DNA from: the human T2T-CHM13v2.0 reference genome, Homo sapiens
Assembly (NCBI RefSeq): GCF_009914755.1
Contig: NC_060928.1
DNA length: 64,000 nt
Direction: 5' to 3' (one strand)
Position numbers and translations under genes: made by a program. The notes beneath the pieces were generated by a model. That model was not told the origin of the DNA, did no database searches, and saw only the letters and a list, made by a program, of their open reading frames with translations. Below, piece by piece: positions 18,739 to 34,279 of this stretch. Within the stretch, counting starts at the first letter, position 1; each line of letters begins with the position of its first letter.

Positions 18739-20709
18739 AGAAATTTCTTCCTCCAGATATTTTAAATTATCACTCTTAAATTCAAAGTTCCACACATCCT
18801 GAGGGCATGGACACAAGACAGCAAAGCTCTTTGCTAATGGATAACCAGGGTGACCTTTGATCCAGTTCTCAATAAGTTCCCCATTTCCATCTGAGACCCC
18901 ATCAACCTAGACATCACCATTTGTATCACTATCAGCATTTTGGTCATAATCATTTAACCAGTCTCCAAGGAGATCTAAACTTTCCCTCATCTTCCTATTT
19001 TCTTTTGAGCTCTCCAAACTCTTCAAGCCTCTGCCTGTTACTTAGTTTCAATATCTCCTCCACATTTTCAGGAATATTCATAACTGTACCCCACTCTTGG
19101 TACCAATTTTCTGTGTTAGGCCATTCTCGCATTGCTATAAAGATTTATTATAAAATATCTTTCTTTATAAAATAGTCAAGGCTGGGTAATTTATAAAGAA
19201 AAGAGATTTAATTGGCTTATGGTACTGGGGGTTGTACAAGCATGACTCCATTATCTGCTCAGCTTCTGAGGAGGCCTCAGGTAGCTTTTGCTCATGGTGG
19301 AAAGTTAAGTGAGTGCATTCATGTCACATGGTGAAAGCAGGAGCAAGAGGGAGCATGTGGGGATGGTGGGGAGGTACCACACACTTTTAAACAACCAGAT
19401 CTCATGAAAACTCACTCCCAACCTCAAGGACAGAACCAGGCCATGAGAAATCCACTACCATGACCCAAACACCTCCCACCAGGTCCCACTTCCAACATTT
19501 GGGATTATATATTAACGTAAGATTTGGGTGGGAAACAATATTTAAAGTACATCAAATATGTTGCTGTTCAGTCTTCATGAAATCTGTATGATATTCTTGG
19601 CAATGATACATATGGCCATGAGTTTCACAGATTTCTTATTCATAACACTCTACATTGTAAATCAAAAACATAAACTTGAGCCCATTTTGTTGGATGCAAT
19701 ATTAATTGAAGACCAGGCAATGATATTCAGGTTTTTTTTTATTCTGGCTTCATCTTACCGTGAAATTTTGAATACCTATGGAAGTGGATCCCTCCAGGAA
19801 TTCTGCCATTAAATGAGTTCTCACAACTAGAATTTTGGTAAATTGGGCAACCAAAACTTTAAAGTTTTATTTTATTTTCAAGAATCTGGAAAGCACATAT
19901 TTTATGTTATTACTTACTGCAGAATTCTAGTCTTTAATAATCAACCAACTATCTACAGATAGTTTGACCTCATATACATAGATAATTATTTCATAGTTCT
20001 TCATCAGTTATTGGGTTTTAATCATAATTGTTTCCTATGACACCAATAAATTCTAAACTAGAGAACAACACAATGATTTGTCTTAGAAATGGGGTAGCAC
20101 GAACTATTATAATACAGATATTGTAAGATATTACTGAAATTAATCTTTATTTTCTGACATATAGTATTTAAACTCAATATTCATGTAATATCAATTAGCA
20201 AAAAAAAAAAAGCCAGATTGTAACTAAATTATGTATGGGATTACTAATTGCATTTTGACTTACAATACTGTATCACTAGCATGCTACAACTTTTCTCATG
20301 GCCACTTTCGTTAAAAAAAAAAAAACCTCTGAAAAAAACATAAAGTTATTTTATAGGGTGTATAAATAAAAGATAAGTAAATAACCTACACCCCCAAGCT
20401 CCCAAAACGAATTTGGACAAGTAAGAAGAATAAACTCTCTATTGAAAGGATGAGATGAAGAGAAGTGGAGGGATAAGAGATTGAAAAATATATCATTGTT
20501 TTCATAATGAAGTCATAAATATCCCAAAGTATCTCTATTGTATTCGTTTTCCTGGTTTAAACATAAGCATTTCATAAGTTTCTGTATAATTTTTATTGTT
20601 TGATGAATTTTTGTGCCAAAATACCACGTTACTAGGTCACTTGAAAATGTTAATTTTCTGAGATTAAATTTATGCCAACTTTAGACAAACAGGAAAATTT
20701 AAACATATA

Positions 20710-21079
20710 TGTATCAGTCCATTCTCACACTGCTATGAAAAAATATATGAGACTGGGTACCTTATAAAGGAAAAAGATTTAATCGACTCACAGTTGTGTG
20801 TGTCTGGGAGGCCTCAGGAAACTTACAATTATGGAGGAAGGGGAAGCAAACATATACTTCTTTATAAGGCAGCAGGAAGGAGAAGAATAAGAGCCCAGCA
20901 AAGGGAAAAGCTCCTTATAAAACTATCAGATCTTGTGAGAACTAATTCACTAGTATGAGAACAGCATGGAGGTAACTGCCCCCATGATTCAATTATGTCC
21001 CACTGGGTCCTACTCATGGGGATTATGAGAACTACAATTCAAGATGAGATTTGAGTGAGAACATGGCCAGACTATATCA
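20710..21079 (-). mobile_element. THE1 solo LTR
   Basis: TGTATCAGTCCATTCTCACAC...GACTATATCA; exact TSD ATATA at 20705-20709 and 21080-21084. Confidence 0.92.
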
Positions 21080-21311
21080 ATATATTTTATACTCTCTGGA
21101 AAGAGTAATTCATTTATATCCATTTTCATGTACTTTGAATTATTTTTGGCCATGTTTGTCACTGTGTACATGTTGACCATTTTTACATGCCATAACATAG
21201 GAGTGAATTCTTTAGAATATGAGTTCTGGAATATGAGTGCCTGAGTCTGAATTCAATTTCTGCTGCAGAGCTCTTAGGTACAGGGAAGTCATTTGATCTG
21301 TTCAGTAGCAT

Positions 21312-21750
21312 TGTATTAGTTTTTTATAGCTGCCGATACAAAGTATGACAAATTGAGTGACTTAAAACAACAGAAACTTATTGTCCCAGATGGAAAAAGT
21401 CCAGAAGTCTTCAGGATATTAAAATATCCTTTCTTTGAGTCTTTCGGTAAAATTCTTTCTCACTTCTTGCTAGTGCTGGTGGTGGCTGTCAATCATTGAT
21501 GTTCCTTGGCTTGTAGCTGTAGCACTCTAATTTCTGCCATTTCTCTCCAGTGTCCTTCCTATGTGTCTCTCTTTTCACATGGTGCTTTTCTCTTCTTATA
21601 AGGACACTAGTCGTATTGAATTAAGGCTAACCCTGATAACATCATCTTAACTTGATTATGTCTGTGAAAGCTCTTTTTCCAAATAAGGTCAAATTCACAG
21701 GGGTTAAAACTTCAACACATCATTTTGTGGGATATGATTAATCCATAACA
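21312..21750 (-). mobile_element. MLT1 (C/D-like) solo LTR amid MIR fragments
   Basis: TGTATTAGTTTTTATAGCTGCC...GACTTAAAACAACAGAAA...AATCCATAACA. Confidence 0.85.
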
Positions 21751-22129
21751 GTCACGTAACTACTAATAGGCAAAGCCAGAATATTAATTCAAATAGTGTA
21801 ACTCAAGAGTCTATGCTTTTAACTACATAACTTGCCAAGGGTATTTAATAAAATACTTGTAAGTGTGTTATTTTATTAACATATTTATAGTGCTTAGAAC
21901 ATTGCTTGGCAAAGTTAGCCCTTATTAAACAAACTCTGTTACAATTGTTATTATTTGCTCCAGTCAATCTGTAAACACAGTCTTATTCACTTTTTGATAC
22001 CTGTGTTTCAATTAAAAATGGGAATGGGAATAAACTTATAACAATTACTTTCTGATTGTGTGTTTGTCAGTAAAATTATATTCAGTTAAAATTAACTTTA
22101 AGTATTAGGTAGATTTAAAACAACTATGA

Positions 22130-22978
22130 TAGACTGTTACATACCTTTTAGAAAGACTAAAAACAAAATAATATTGAAAGCATCAAATGCTGGTGAGGAT
22201 GAGGAGTAACAGGAACTCTCATTCATTGCTTGTAGGAATGCAAAAATGGTACAGCCAGTCTGAAATTTCGGTTTCTTACAAAACTAAACATACTATTACC
22301 ATATGACTCAGTAATTCCACAACTTGGCATTTACCCCAAAATGTTTAAAGAAAGATTTACACATAGATGTTTACAGAAGTTTTATTCATAATTGCTGAAA
22401 CTTGGAAGCAATCAAGGTGTCCTTCAGTAGGTGAATGGATACATTATGGTAAATCTTGATAATGGAATGTTATTCAGTAACAAAAAGAAATGCACTATCA
22501 AGTCAAGAAAAATGTAAGAATCTTAAATACACATTACTGAGTGAAATAAGCCAATCTGGAAAGACTGTAAATCGTATGAGTCCAACTAAATGACACTCTG
22601 GAAAAGGTAAAGCTATGGAGACAGTAAGAAAATTAGTGGTTGTCAGAAGTTGGAGGGAATATAAGGATGGAACACAGGTGATTTTTAGAGCAGTGATACT
22701 ACTCTGTATGATACTATAATGGTATATACATCATTATATATTTGTCAAAACCTGTACAATATACAACACCAAGAATGAACCCTAATGTAAACTATGAATT
22801 TGAAATTATAATGATGTGTCAATATAGGCCCATCAATTGTAGCAAATATACCATTCTAGTGTAGGGTATTGGTGGTGGTGTAGGAGGTTGTGGCAGTCAG
22901 GGAGAAAATATATGTGGGAATGATCTGTATTTTCCAGTCATTCAAGAGCAGTGAACTTAAAACTGCTCTAAAAATTAT
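22130..22978 (+). mobile_element. L1MC-type 3' fragment
   Basis: GGAACTCTCATTCATTGCT...TACAACACCAAGAATGAACCCTAATGTAAACTATG...AAAACTGCTCTAAAAAT. Confidence 0.85.
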
Positions 22979-23832
22979 TTTAGACATAGACCTTACAAAA
23001 CTTTATAAAACTTTTTATAAAACTGTGTATTTGACTCTATATTAAATTTTAAGTCCATATATTTGTTGTACTGAAGGTGATGCATTCAATTCTTCTCAGT
23101 CAGTTTATGACCATCCAAAGAAATAAAAGTAGCTTCTGATAGCTCCCATATCAGAATATTTTGTATTTGGAATCAGCAAATATAATTTTGAAACAGGTAT
23201 GTAAATATCCATCATTTTAATTTCTATTTGGTTTTCCTTTCAATTTCATAGATAGGGAGTCAAAATGGCATTAGGGGAAAATATGAAAGGAAAAGGATTA
23301 TTGAATTGAAATATTTTACCTGGAATTAACCCCCAGTATTGAGCAACATTTCATAAAGTATAATTGATGAGTAAGCACGCTATAATATCATGAAATACTA
23401 GCTCTATTCTTATATATAAGAACTATTAATACAGAAATCTCTTTTGTGTGAATGAATGATGCAGATACAACACTTTTCTATAAGCCTTTAAGTTCAGAAA
23501 TATTCTAGTAAGTTTCTTCTTTTTACTCATTCAGAAAATAAGAAGCACAAATAGCCATAAACCAGTGCTCCTTGGTCTTTTTATTTTCTGTGTTGAGACA
23601 CATTTGACTGTATAATTCACATTTGTGCCATTTAAGACATGATCATAGTAAGCAGCTGAAAAAATATGTAATTGTCCTTCTTCTGTCACTGATTTTTATG
23701 TTTGGGCCTTACAAGCTTAAGTCAATGAAAGAGTCGCTGATCTTTGGCTATGTGATAAATTATTCTTTAACAGGATTTCACATGTTTTTGAAATGGGTTT
23801 CTCCTTTGCTCTATTTCAATAGTATATAAGTA

Positions 23833-24301
23833 TGGTAAAAGGAAAATAAATCTTGGGGCCCCCAAACCACTAAGCTAAAGAGAAAAGTCAAGCTGGGAGC
23901 TGTTGAGGGCAAACCAGCCTCCCATTCAACTCACAGTCATCCTTCTGCTCACTGAGATAAATGAATAGCTGATTGCCTCCTTTGGAAAGGCTAGTCATTA
24001 TCTCAAAATAATGCAACCATTTGTCTCTTATCTACCTATGACCTGGAAGCTCCCTCTCCACTTCCAGTTGTCTCACCTTTGCTTCAAGTTTTCCTGCCTT
24101 TCCGGACCAAACTGATGTTCATCTTACATATGTTGACTGATATCTCATATCTCTCTAAAATGTATAAAACAAAGCTGTGCTCTGACCAGCTTGGCACATG
24201 TGGTCAGGACCTCCTGAGCGGTGTCACAGGTGCATCCTTAACACTGGCAAAATAAGCTTTCTAAATTGACTGAGACCTGTCTCAATTTTGGAGGTTCAGC
24301 A
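23833..24301 (+). mobile_element. MER4-group ERV1 solo LTR
   Basis: AAAGGAAAATAAATCTTGGGGCCCCC...CACTAAGCTAAAG...CTAAAATGTATAAAAC...CAGGACCTCCTGAG. Confidence 0.85.
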
Positions 24302-24344
24302 TGTATGATAATATTACATTATAGACTGTAATGTTATAATAATA

Positions 24345-24590
24345 AAACTACCTTTGTTGAGCATTTACCTTGGCAGACACTATTATAAATATTTTGCATT
24401 CTTTTTTTTTTTCACTTAATCCTTAGTAGTAAGCCTCTAAGATAGATGCTATTAGTTTCTTCATTGTATAGGTAGGGAAAGAGATGAGTATTTTGTCCAA
24501 GATCCCCCAGATGATGAATCTAAGACAAAAGGTTCTCTGGCCCCAGTGTTTTCATCATCACACTAGTTCTTAGTCATTATATTACTGCTT
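24345..24590 (-). mobile_element. MIR SINE
   Basis: TTGTTGAGCATTTAC...GGCAGACACT...TTAATCCTT...TTGTCCAAGATC. Confidence 0.6.
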
Positions 24591-24967
24591 CTTAAAAGAT
24601 AAACTTAGTACATGTATATTTGTTGATTATTAGAATAGGTTAATAAACAACAAGGTAGCAGACTCTAAAATACATTCGTTGTGAAGGAATGTAGTGATGC
24701 AGTTAAAAAATGACTTACCCAAGGTAAAAGTTGAAGTTGAAGAATTTTTTTTAAGTATGGGGAAATTGACAAATTCTTGGTGGTTCTAGAGTATGAAAAG
24801 GAGAGGACTAATATACATTGTAAACATTTGTTGAAATATTAATTAAATAAAAGATGAGAGTCAATTATATTTTAAACCCCACTCTGTTATGTCTTATAAA
24901 AAATTGTGATTCTGCCAAGTTTATTATTTAGAAACTCATTTGAAAAGCTGAATTAATTAATCAGCCC

Positions 24968-25291
<324 letters not shown>

Positions 25292-25922
25292 TTAGAACTT
25301 TCCATTTTTGAGAACCCTAGCATATATGTACACCTTAAAAGGGAATTTCAGATCCTCTAATCCTTATACTTTTCAGAGATACTTACTGCAATTGCTATAC
25401 AAACACTTGTTGAATATATTCTTAGTAATTGAATTATTTTGTCTTCTAGCTTAGTTTAAAGAATGCCAAATGTGTTGAATAAAGACCTTAAACATGTACC
25501 CCTTTATCTTATTAAACAAAACAAAACAAAACAAAAAACCCATATCAGTTTAATTAGACATTTAGATAGGCACACATCACTGTTTATATTACATAAAAAA
25601 GAAAATGCTATTATAAACAAGAACAAATGAACAGTATGACAATTTCACAGTTCAACTTAGAACTCAGATTAAGAAAGACTAATATGTTAGGCTTACACTA
25701 GTCATAAAACAAACTGATGATGATGAAGGATAACAATAATGGTCAAAAGACTCATTCATATGCTTAATCTATTATTCTTCCAGAGGCAATTATCTGATTC
25801 TAATAATCTGTTTCCCAAATATGTACAGTAATTCTCAAGTGTATAAACATACCTCAAATCTGTCTGCCTGTTTATGTGCCAAAAATATTTTACAATGCTG
25901 TTTGCATTGTAATGTTTACTTC

Positions 25923-26634
25923 TGTTAGAGTAGGTAGTTAGGCAGACATAAGCAGGGCAGGAGAGGGCCTCTCCAAGAAATGACAGGTGACCATCAGGTG
26001 ATGGTCAGGCAGTTGTTAAACTGGCTCTCTGAAATGATAATTGGTCACAGCCAGTGTCAGGGTAAGACAGTCTCCCAATAGATAGAAAATGCCTGGAGAT
26101 GGTGATAAGTAATTTCCCGATAAGATTTCAGGAGTTGGGCGAGCGAGCTCAAGCATGGGCACCAAGAGGTAAAATAGCAGATGTATGACCTTCCTCTTGG
26201 GATGTTCAACCAGTAAATGAAAATAGACCCTAGAAAGCGTGCACACAACCTCAGTAAATGCACTACACATGTGATCACTCTCCCAAGTACTGACTGACGC
26301 TGCACATGCAGCAGTTGAGCAACTGCCCACCCCAAAGGAAAAATCAGAGGAGGAGAAATGCAAACCCTGGAACCATGCCAATGTACAAAACCTCAAATCC
26401 AGTGCTGAAAAGGGCAGTTGGATCTTTCAAGTCATCTGCTTGGTCTTCTTCCAAGTGTACTTTTCTTCCTTTTTCTCCAGCTGTAAAGCTTTTTAATAAA
26501 CTCTCACTCCTGTACTAAAACTTGCCTCAGTCTTTCCCTCTACCTTAAACCTACTTCTGCCCATTGGCTGAATTCTTTATTCTATGGAGGTGAGGGTCAA
26601 GTTAGCTGCAGATCTCTATGAGTTTGCCACTGGT
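25923..26634 (+). mobile_element. MER50-like ERV1 solo LTR
   Basis: TGTTAGAGTAGGTAGTTAGGCAGACATAAGCAGGGCAGGAGAGGGCC start; AATAAA followed by U5-like sequence near 26496. Confidence 0.8.
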
Positions 26635-27034
26635 CCCCCCTCCTACTGCTATCTTACGTTGTATTCACATCATCCATTATCATACAGAGAGTTAAAGTAT
26701 CATCCAGCAAATCTGAGGGAGTTGTTAATCGTTGATTCCTTCTTTGTTTAGTGATGGAGCTACAACTAAATCAAAATGGCCTCTTCTACAGAAACTTCTT
26801 AATCTCCTCCATTGGTAGCCATTTAATGCACAAGGACAGAGACATTTACTTATGCATGATATTATACCCCTGCTTTGCCTTTTGCAAAACTTTTATTCTA
26901 AGCAAACAGTCATCATGACATAGTTCATCTGGTGTGATTGTAAAGAATAGAATTCATGTCTACTGAAAAAAAAATGCAGAGTGAGGCGGGGCTTAATCCA
27001 AGTATTTTATTTGTGGTTTGAATTACCTTATCTA

Positions 27035-27335
27035 GGCCAGGTGCAGTGGCTCACACCTGTAATCCCAGAATTTTGGAAGGCTGAGGTGGGTGGATCACTT
27101 GAAATCAGGAGTTTGAGACCAGCCTAGCCAACATGGTGAAACCCTGTCTCTACTAAAAATACCAAATAATAGCCAGGTATGGTGGTGCCCATCTGTAGTC
27201 CCATCTACTCAGGAGGCCGAGGCAGGAGAATTGCTTGAACCCATGAGAAGGAGGTTTCAGTGAGCCGAGATTGTGCCACTGCATTTCAACCTGCGTGACA
27301 GAGTGAGACTTTGTCAAAAAAAAAAAAAAAAAGAA
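27035..27335 (+). mobile_element. AluS
   Basis: Full dimer with A tail; degenerate TSD ACCTTATCTA / ACCTCGTCTA. Confidence 0.96.
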
Positions 27336-27671
27336 ACCTCGTCTACATTTTATTAACTTTAAACACTACTCTTCAGTTTGGCCTTTTGACTCTTTTCTCA
27401 TTCAAAGAATAGACATTATAATACTACACATGCCAGTCTTTAATCTTGCACTTGTGTCCTGGATTTCTACATTACACATTTCTAGCATACAATTGAAGAA
27501 AATAACATGAGGTTATTTGCAAAAACAATTGACCAATTATCCATCTACTATTTGAGGCATTTCCTAGGCATTGATAGAATTAATACTTGCCACATTCTTA
27601 TGAGATTAATATTTTGCCCCATTTTAAAGATTAATATATAAATATACAGAAAGATGAATTAGTGCATGGGA

Positions 27672-27851
27672 CAAGTATTTGATTGATGTCTTATGCCTCT
27701 CTAAAATGTATAAAACCAAGCTATGCCCGGACACCTCGGGCACAGGTTCTCAGGACCTCCTGAGGGCTGTGTCACGAGCCATGGTCACTCATAATTGCCT
27801 CAGAATATAGCTCTTCAAATATTTTACATAGTTCAACTCTTTTTGTTGACA
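27672..27851 (+). mobile_element. MER4-group LTR 3' fragment
   Basis: CTCTCTAAAATGTATAAAACCAAGCT...CAGGACCTCCTGAGGGCTGTGTCAC...TTGTTGACA; homologous to 24130-24230. Confidence 0.8.
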
Positions 27852-28196
27852 GTAATAAGCCTAAAACCAACAGTTTTGTCATCACAAAAGTGCCACAAAT
27901 AGCCAACAACATTACAAAAATCAGTTGTTCTTGGGAAATACAAATAAAGAGAATAGTAATTTATCATACATATAGTGTCCATTCAATGTTCATGACAACT
28001 TTCTTAACAATCTTTCATTAAATTAAAAAATGTTTTGAACTGAAATGCCTGTGCTCAGATGTCTGTTGGAATCTCAATTTCATTCCTACCACATTCTCTG
28101 CACATGTCTGAATTATGGGGACTGAATATAAAGAAACTACATTTTTATTCATTTTTTTTGAGATCTGAAAAATCAAAATCGATGCCCCTTTTTCAA

Positions 28197-29194
<998 letters not shown>

Positions 29195-30490
29195 CTTTCC
29201 AGAGACATACCTATTTGATCATGAGAGGACTCCAGTGAGATATGGAAGAAGAAAGAACAGCAAAAATCATTCTATCAGGCCATTCATGAACTCCAGCAGA
29301 CATGAGGTTTTGCAGCTATTTTGAACATTTTCCTGGAAATCAACCTACTCAAGTATGCAGGGAGTACAGTTGTCTCAAAAATAGTTTTCTGATTTCTTGA
29401 AAGCTAGCACCAAATTTAAAAGCTAGATGCAAATTTTCCCATCTTTCCAATAATTTTCCAAACTCATTTTTAAATTTCTTTCTTTCTTTTTGAAATATCT
29501 TGAGCTGCTTATTTATCTAACTAAATCTTGCCAAATACACATAGTGAGACAGTTAGCAAAAGTTGTCAAAGTATGTTTTCTTTCTTATGTAAGATTACTT
29601 TTTCAAATCAGAGACATTGCCTGGATTTGATCTCACTCCCAGGTTTTCTTTTAATGTCAGAAGCTATTGAAGCCTCAAATAAAATACTTCTTTGAAATTT
29701 GCCTTCTCTGTTTTCTCTCATTCAAAACCTAGGATTCAGAAAGCATGGTGCTCATTTAAGCTGTCTGTCCCATATGACCCAGTTTTTAATTGCCTGGTCA
29801 TGTGTAGCAATATGTTACACATTGCATTGGACAGACCAATTAGAAAGATGCCTTTTCACTGTCCAGTAGACAAAATGACTATGATCCTGAATGCATCCAA
29901 TTTCTAACAAAATTCATGCAGAGTTATTTAAGTATAGATATCATCAACTAATCTGAATGGGGCATAAAGGTAACAATGTATTAGTTTTAGAGTATCTAGG
30001 TATAACTTCTGTCACTGAAAAGTTGAAGCACCATTTGAGTTATTATTGATCCCGCAAAAGTAATGACTATAGGCGTTTTTGCAACTTTCTTAAAGTTTAC
30101 TTTATTGTGGTGCAGAGAATAGAAATCCCAAAATAGCTTTTTAGAATAGCATCTTCTAAAAGAAAAGGGAGATATGAATCATAAAAACACCGTACTTGTA
30201 AAAGTTACAATTTCTCCTATTGATCTTTCTGAGTATTTTCAAATAAGAAGTGCTGAGTAGAAAATGAGTTCTGGAAAGATGTACTGCACCCCAACATAAA
30301 CTGTCCCCAAACAGATATTTGCGTAAAAATGAAATGAAACAAAACAACACAACTAAAGATCTAAAACAAAAAAAAATCCAGTACCATTAAAAATAAAAGT
30401 TGTTCACTTATCTTATTCTCCTCACCAAAATATTAGTACCTGATTAATGTCAAGACTAACCGCTTATAAGTTCAAATTGTGCTTTCCTAA

Positions 30491-30878
30491 TGTTAAAAGT
30501 AAAACCTTAGACAGATTAATTTTAACAAGAGTTTTAATTTGCAAATCAGGCAGCTTCTCGAGCCAGAGTAGAGTCAAAGAGATTCCAGCTCAGCCATGTG
30601 GTGGAAGAAGATTTAGAGACAGAAAAGGGAAAGTGACTACAGAAAATGGAAGTGAGGTGCAGAATCAGCTGGATTGGTGACTGCTGGTGTTTGCCTTATT
30701 TGAACATGGTTTGAACAGTTGGCCCCCTTTGATTGTCCAAAACTTGGTGATTGGCACAAAAGTAGGATACAGTTTATTTATACCTCCATTTAGGTTACAG
30801 TTCACTATGTACAGAGAAACCTTTAGGCTGAAATTAAAATATATAAGAAAGCAGCTTTAGGCTAGACTTGATTTAACA
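30491..30878 (-). mobile_element. MER57-like ERV1 solo LTR
   Basis: TGTTAA...TTAACA inverted termini; reverse complement begins TGTTAAATCAAGTCTAGCCTAAAGCTGC. Confidence 0.82.
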
Positions 30879-31444
30879 CCCAGTCAGTGTTTTGTTTTGT
30901 TTTAATATAATTAGTAAATTTAACTCCACAATTCATAAAGTGACTTTCTAAAATATCCAATCTGTTACAGTTAACATTATCTGTATTCATTTAAATTGGC
31001 TCATTAAAGCAAAATTAGTATTAAGATTTTATAATATCCAATATAATTTAAGTGAAAATAAAGCTCAATTGAGTTTTTATTTCTACAGGTAAGTGCATTC
31101 ACTAAAATATCCAGTGGCTATTTATTATGTCAGTTAACATTCATTAAACACTTTCAGCTTGCCAGGTGTTTCACTTGAGTCATTTAATGTAATGCCCATG
31201 GCACACTTCTGAAGTATTAATAGCATAATGACCACTTCACAGAAAAGGAAACTAAGACTTGCTCAGGACCACAAATCTATTAAGAAGCAAATGCAGGGTT
31301 TGCACATGAAGAGTCTTGACAAAAGCCTTCTATTTTTAAGCATTACACTAAATTGCTACCCACTATATTCAAGATATTGACCAGTGGCCTCCCTATTTGC
31401 AGTTAGTGGAAGAGTATAGATAAAATGTATCAATGCAGGACATA

Positions 31445-31573
31445 TTTATTTGAGATGGAGTCTTGCTTTTTCATCCAGGCTGGAGGGAGGAGGTGTGGTC
31501 TTGGGCTTAAGCAATCCCCCTATCTCAGCCTCTGAAAGTGCTGGGATTACAAGTGTGAGCCTCTATGACCAAC
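31445..31573 (-). mobile_element. Alu monomer (FLAM-like)
   Basis: ~130-bp single-arm Alu: TTTGAGATGGAGTCTTGC...AAAGTGCTGGGATTACAAGTGTGAGCC. Confidence 0.8.
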
Positions 31574-32814
31574 TGTAAATATTGATTGAGTGTCTACTAA
31601 ACACAAGACACTTTACTAAATGTTGATGATAAAGCCTAGAGGTTTAAGGTCCAATTATAGTAGGTATGTATGTCAATTCATTTCTGAGAAGTTTTGATTG
31701 ACATCTACCTTAGAGGCTCAGAACACGTGACCCTGCTTCTAAGAAATACTAAATATTCATGCCAGGTAGAACATCTGCCCCAATCCACCTTGCAAGTTGC
31801 TTCCCCCTGGCTCTATCTAATTGGCTCAGCATCATGAAGCTAATCCACCTGGGCTGATGAGTGGTATTCTGTAGAAATGTAAATTTGGAGTTAAGGGTTC
31901 TGGCTCTTTCCTTGAAGTGATGACATATACTCAAGAGACCTTGGTGCTGCTATTTTTCTGCTATTATTATGGGAAACAGATTTTCTGCAGATAAAAAATG
32001 AAGTGGACCAGTAGTGAGAAACAAATATAAAAGATAGAGAGACTTGATGACTTATTCCAAATTGTTTCTGAGACCCAGCAGTATCTCTGTCCTTCAGTTA
32101 TATGAAGCACCCTTGTAACATATGAAAAAAAAAATACTTTTTGCTTAAGTGAGTTTTACTTGTGTCTGAATTACTGTCAATCCAAAAGTTTTGAAATGTA
32201 ATCGCAGAAAAATATGGCTTTTTAAGCCATTAATACCTTCATAACTTTGAAGGATTTCCCAATTTTTGTTTCTGATAGGACCATAGTGAATACGTGAAAA
32301 TACAGAGTAAGCTTTTTAAAAAACTGCTACAATTTACTAGCATTCTAGATAAGAAAATAATAATTACTAATCACATCTCTTAGAATCTTCCACAAAGCTT
32401 TCCAACTGTGAGGCTCAATAAATGTGTATTTTCTTTCATTCCATTGCATATCTCATCCCCAGACAAAATAATCTGTGTTCATCACAGGACAGCATTCCTT
32501 TCCACTAGGTTGATATTCAGCTAGTATGCCCTGCTATAGTGATTTGGTCAGTGTCCAATCTGATTAGTCAGAAGTTCATTCAGATCAGTCAGTGTTCATG
32601 TCATAATGTCATGTCATAAATGATAAATGTTTTCACCTTTATCTTCAGTTTTATAAGTATGATCTCTGGCACATGTTTTCCTTTAGCTTTGTATGTCATT
32701 CCCCCATCTGGCTCAGTGGCAAATTCCCACTCATTCATTCATTCAACAAATATTAAGCACCTAAAATGAAAGATTCAATATTTCATGCTTTGAGGAGGCT
32801 TGTACATTGCTTAT

Positions 32815-33432
32815 TTAAAAAATTTTATTAAAAATAGACCTCATTTTTTCCAGCAGTTTTAGGTTCACAACAAACCTGAGCAGAAGGTTTCTCATGTACT
32901 CTCTGCCTCCACACAGCCATACCCTCCCCCAATATCAACATTTCTCACCACACTAGGATATTGGTTACAATTGATGGACCTACATTGACACATCAGCCAA
33001 AGTCCATGGTTATTTTAGGGATAGTTCTTGGTGTTGTACCTTTGATGGGTCTGGAAATGTGTAATGGCATGTATCTACCATTATAGTATCATGCAGAATA
33101 GTTTCATTGCTTTAAAAATCCTCTATGCTCTGCCTATTTATTTCTCCCTCTCCACTGACCTCTGGCAACCACTGAATGTTTTCCTTTCTTCAAAGTTTGA
33201 CTTTTCTAGAATGTCATATAGCTGGAATTATATAATGTTAGCTCTTTTCAGATTGGCTTCCCTCACTCAGTGATATGCATACAAGTTTCTTCCATGTCTT
33301 TTCATGGGTTGATAGCTCATTTCTTCTTAACACTGAATAGTATTTCATTGTTTAGATATTCTGTAGTTTATACAGCCATTCATCTGTTAAAGAACATCTT
33401 AGTGGCTTTCAAAAGTTTGGGCAACTAATAAT
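32815..33432 (-). mobile_element. L1MC-type 3' region
   Basis: AGCAGTTTTAGGTTCACA...GATGGACCTACATTGACACATCA...TTTTCAGATTGGCTTC. Confidence 0.85.
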
Positions 33433-33444
33433 ACAGCTTATACA

Positions 33445-34278
<834 letters not shown>

Positions 34279-34279
34279 T

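Larger units (their letters stand above)
16643..19554 (-). mobile_element. MST (MSTA/B-like) MaLR provirus: LTR ~16643-17055, internal region, LTR ~19112-19554
   Basis: Two similar direct LTRs, each starting TGTGTTAGG...GCATTGCTATAAAGA, flanking ~2 kb of MaLR-internal-like sequence. Confidence 0.9.

Noticed and set aside
23085-23201. Possible + strand exon ending ACAG|GTATGT
   Set aside because: Weak acceptor and no coding support; such sites arise by chance in 64 kb.
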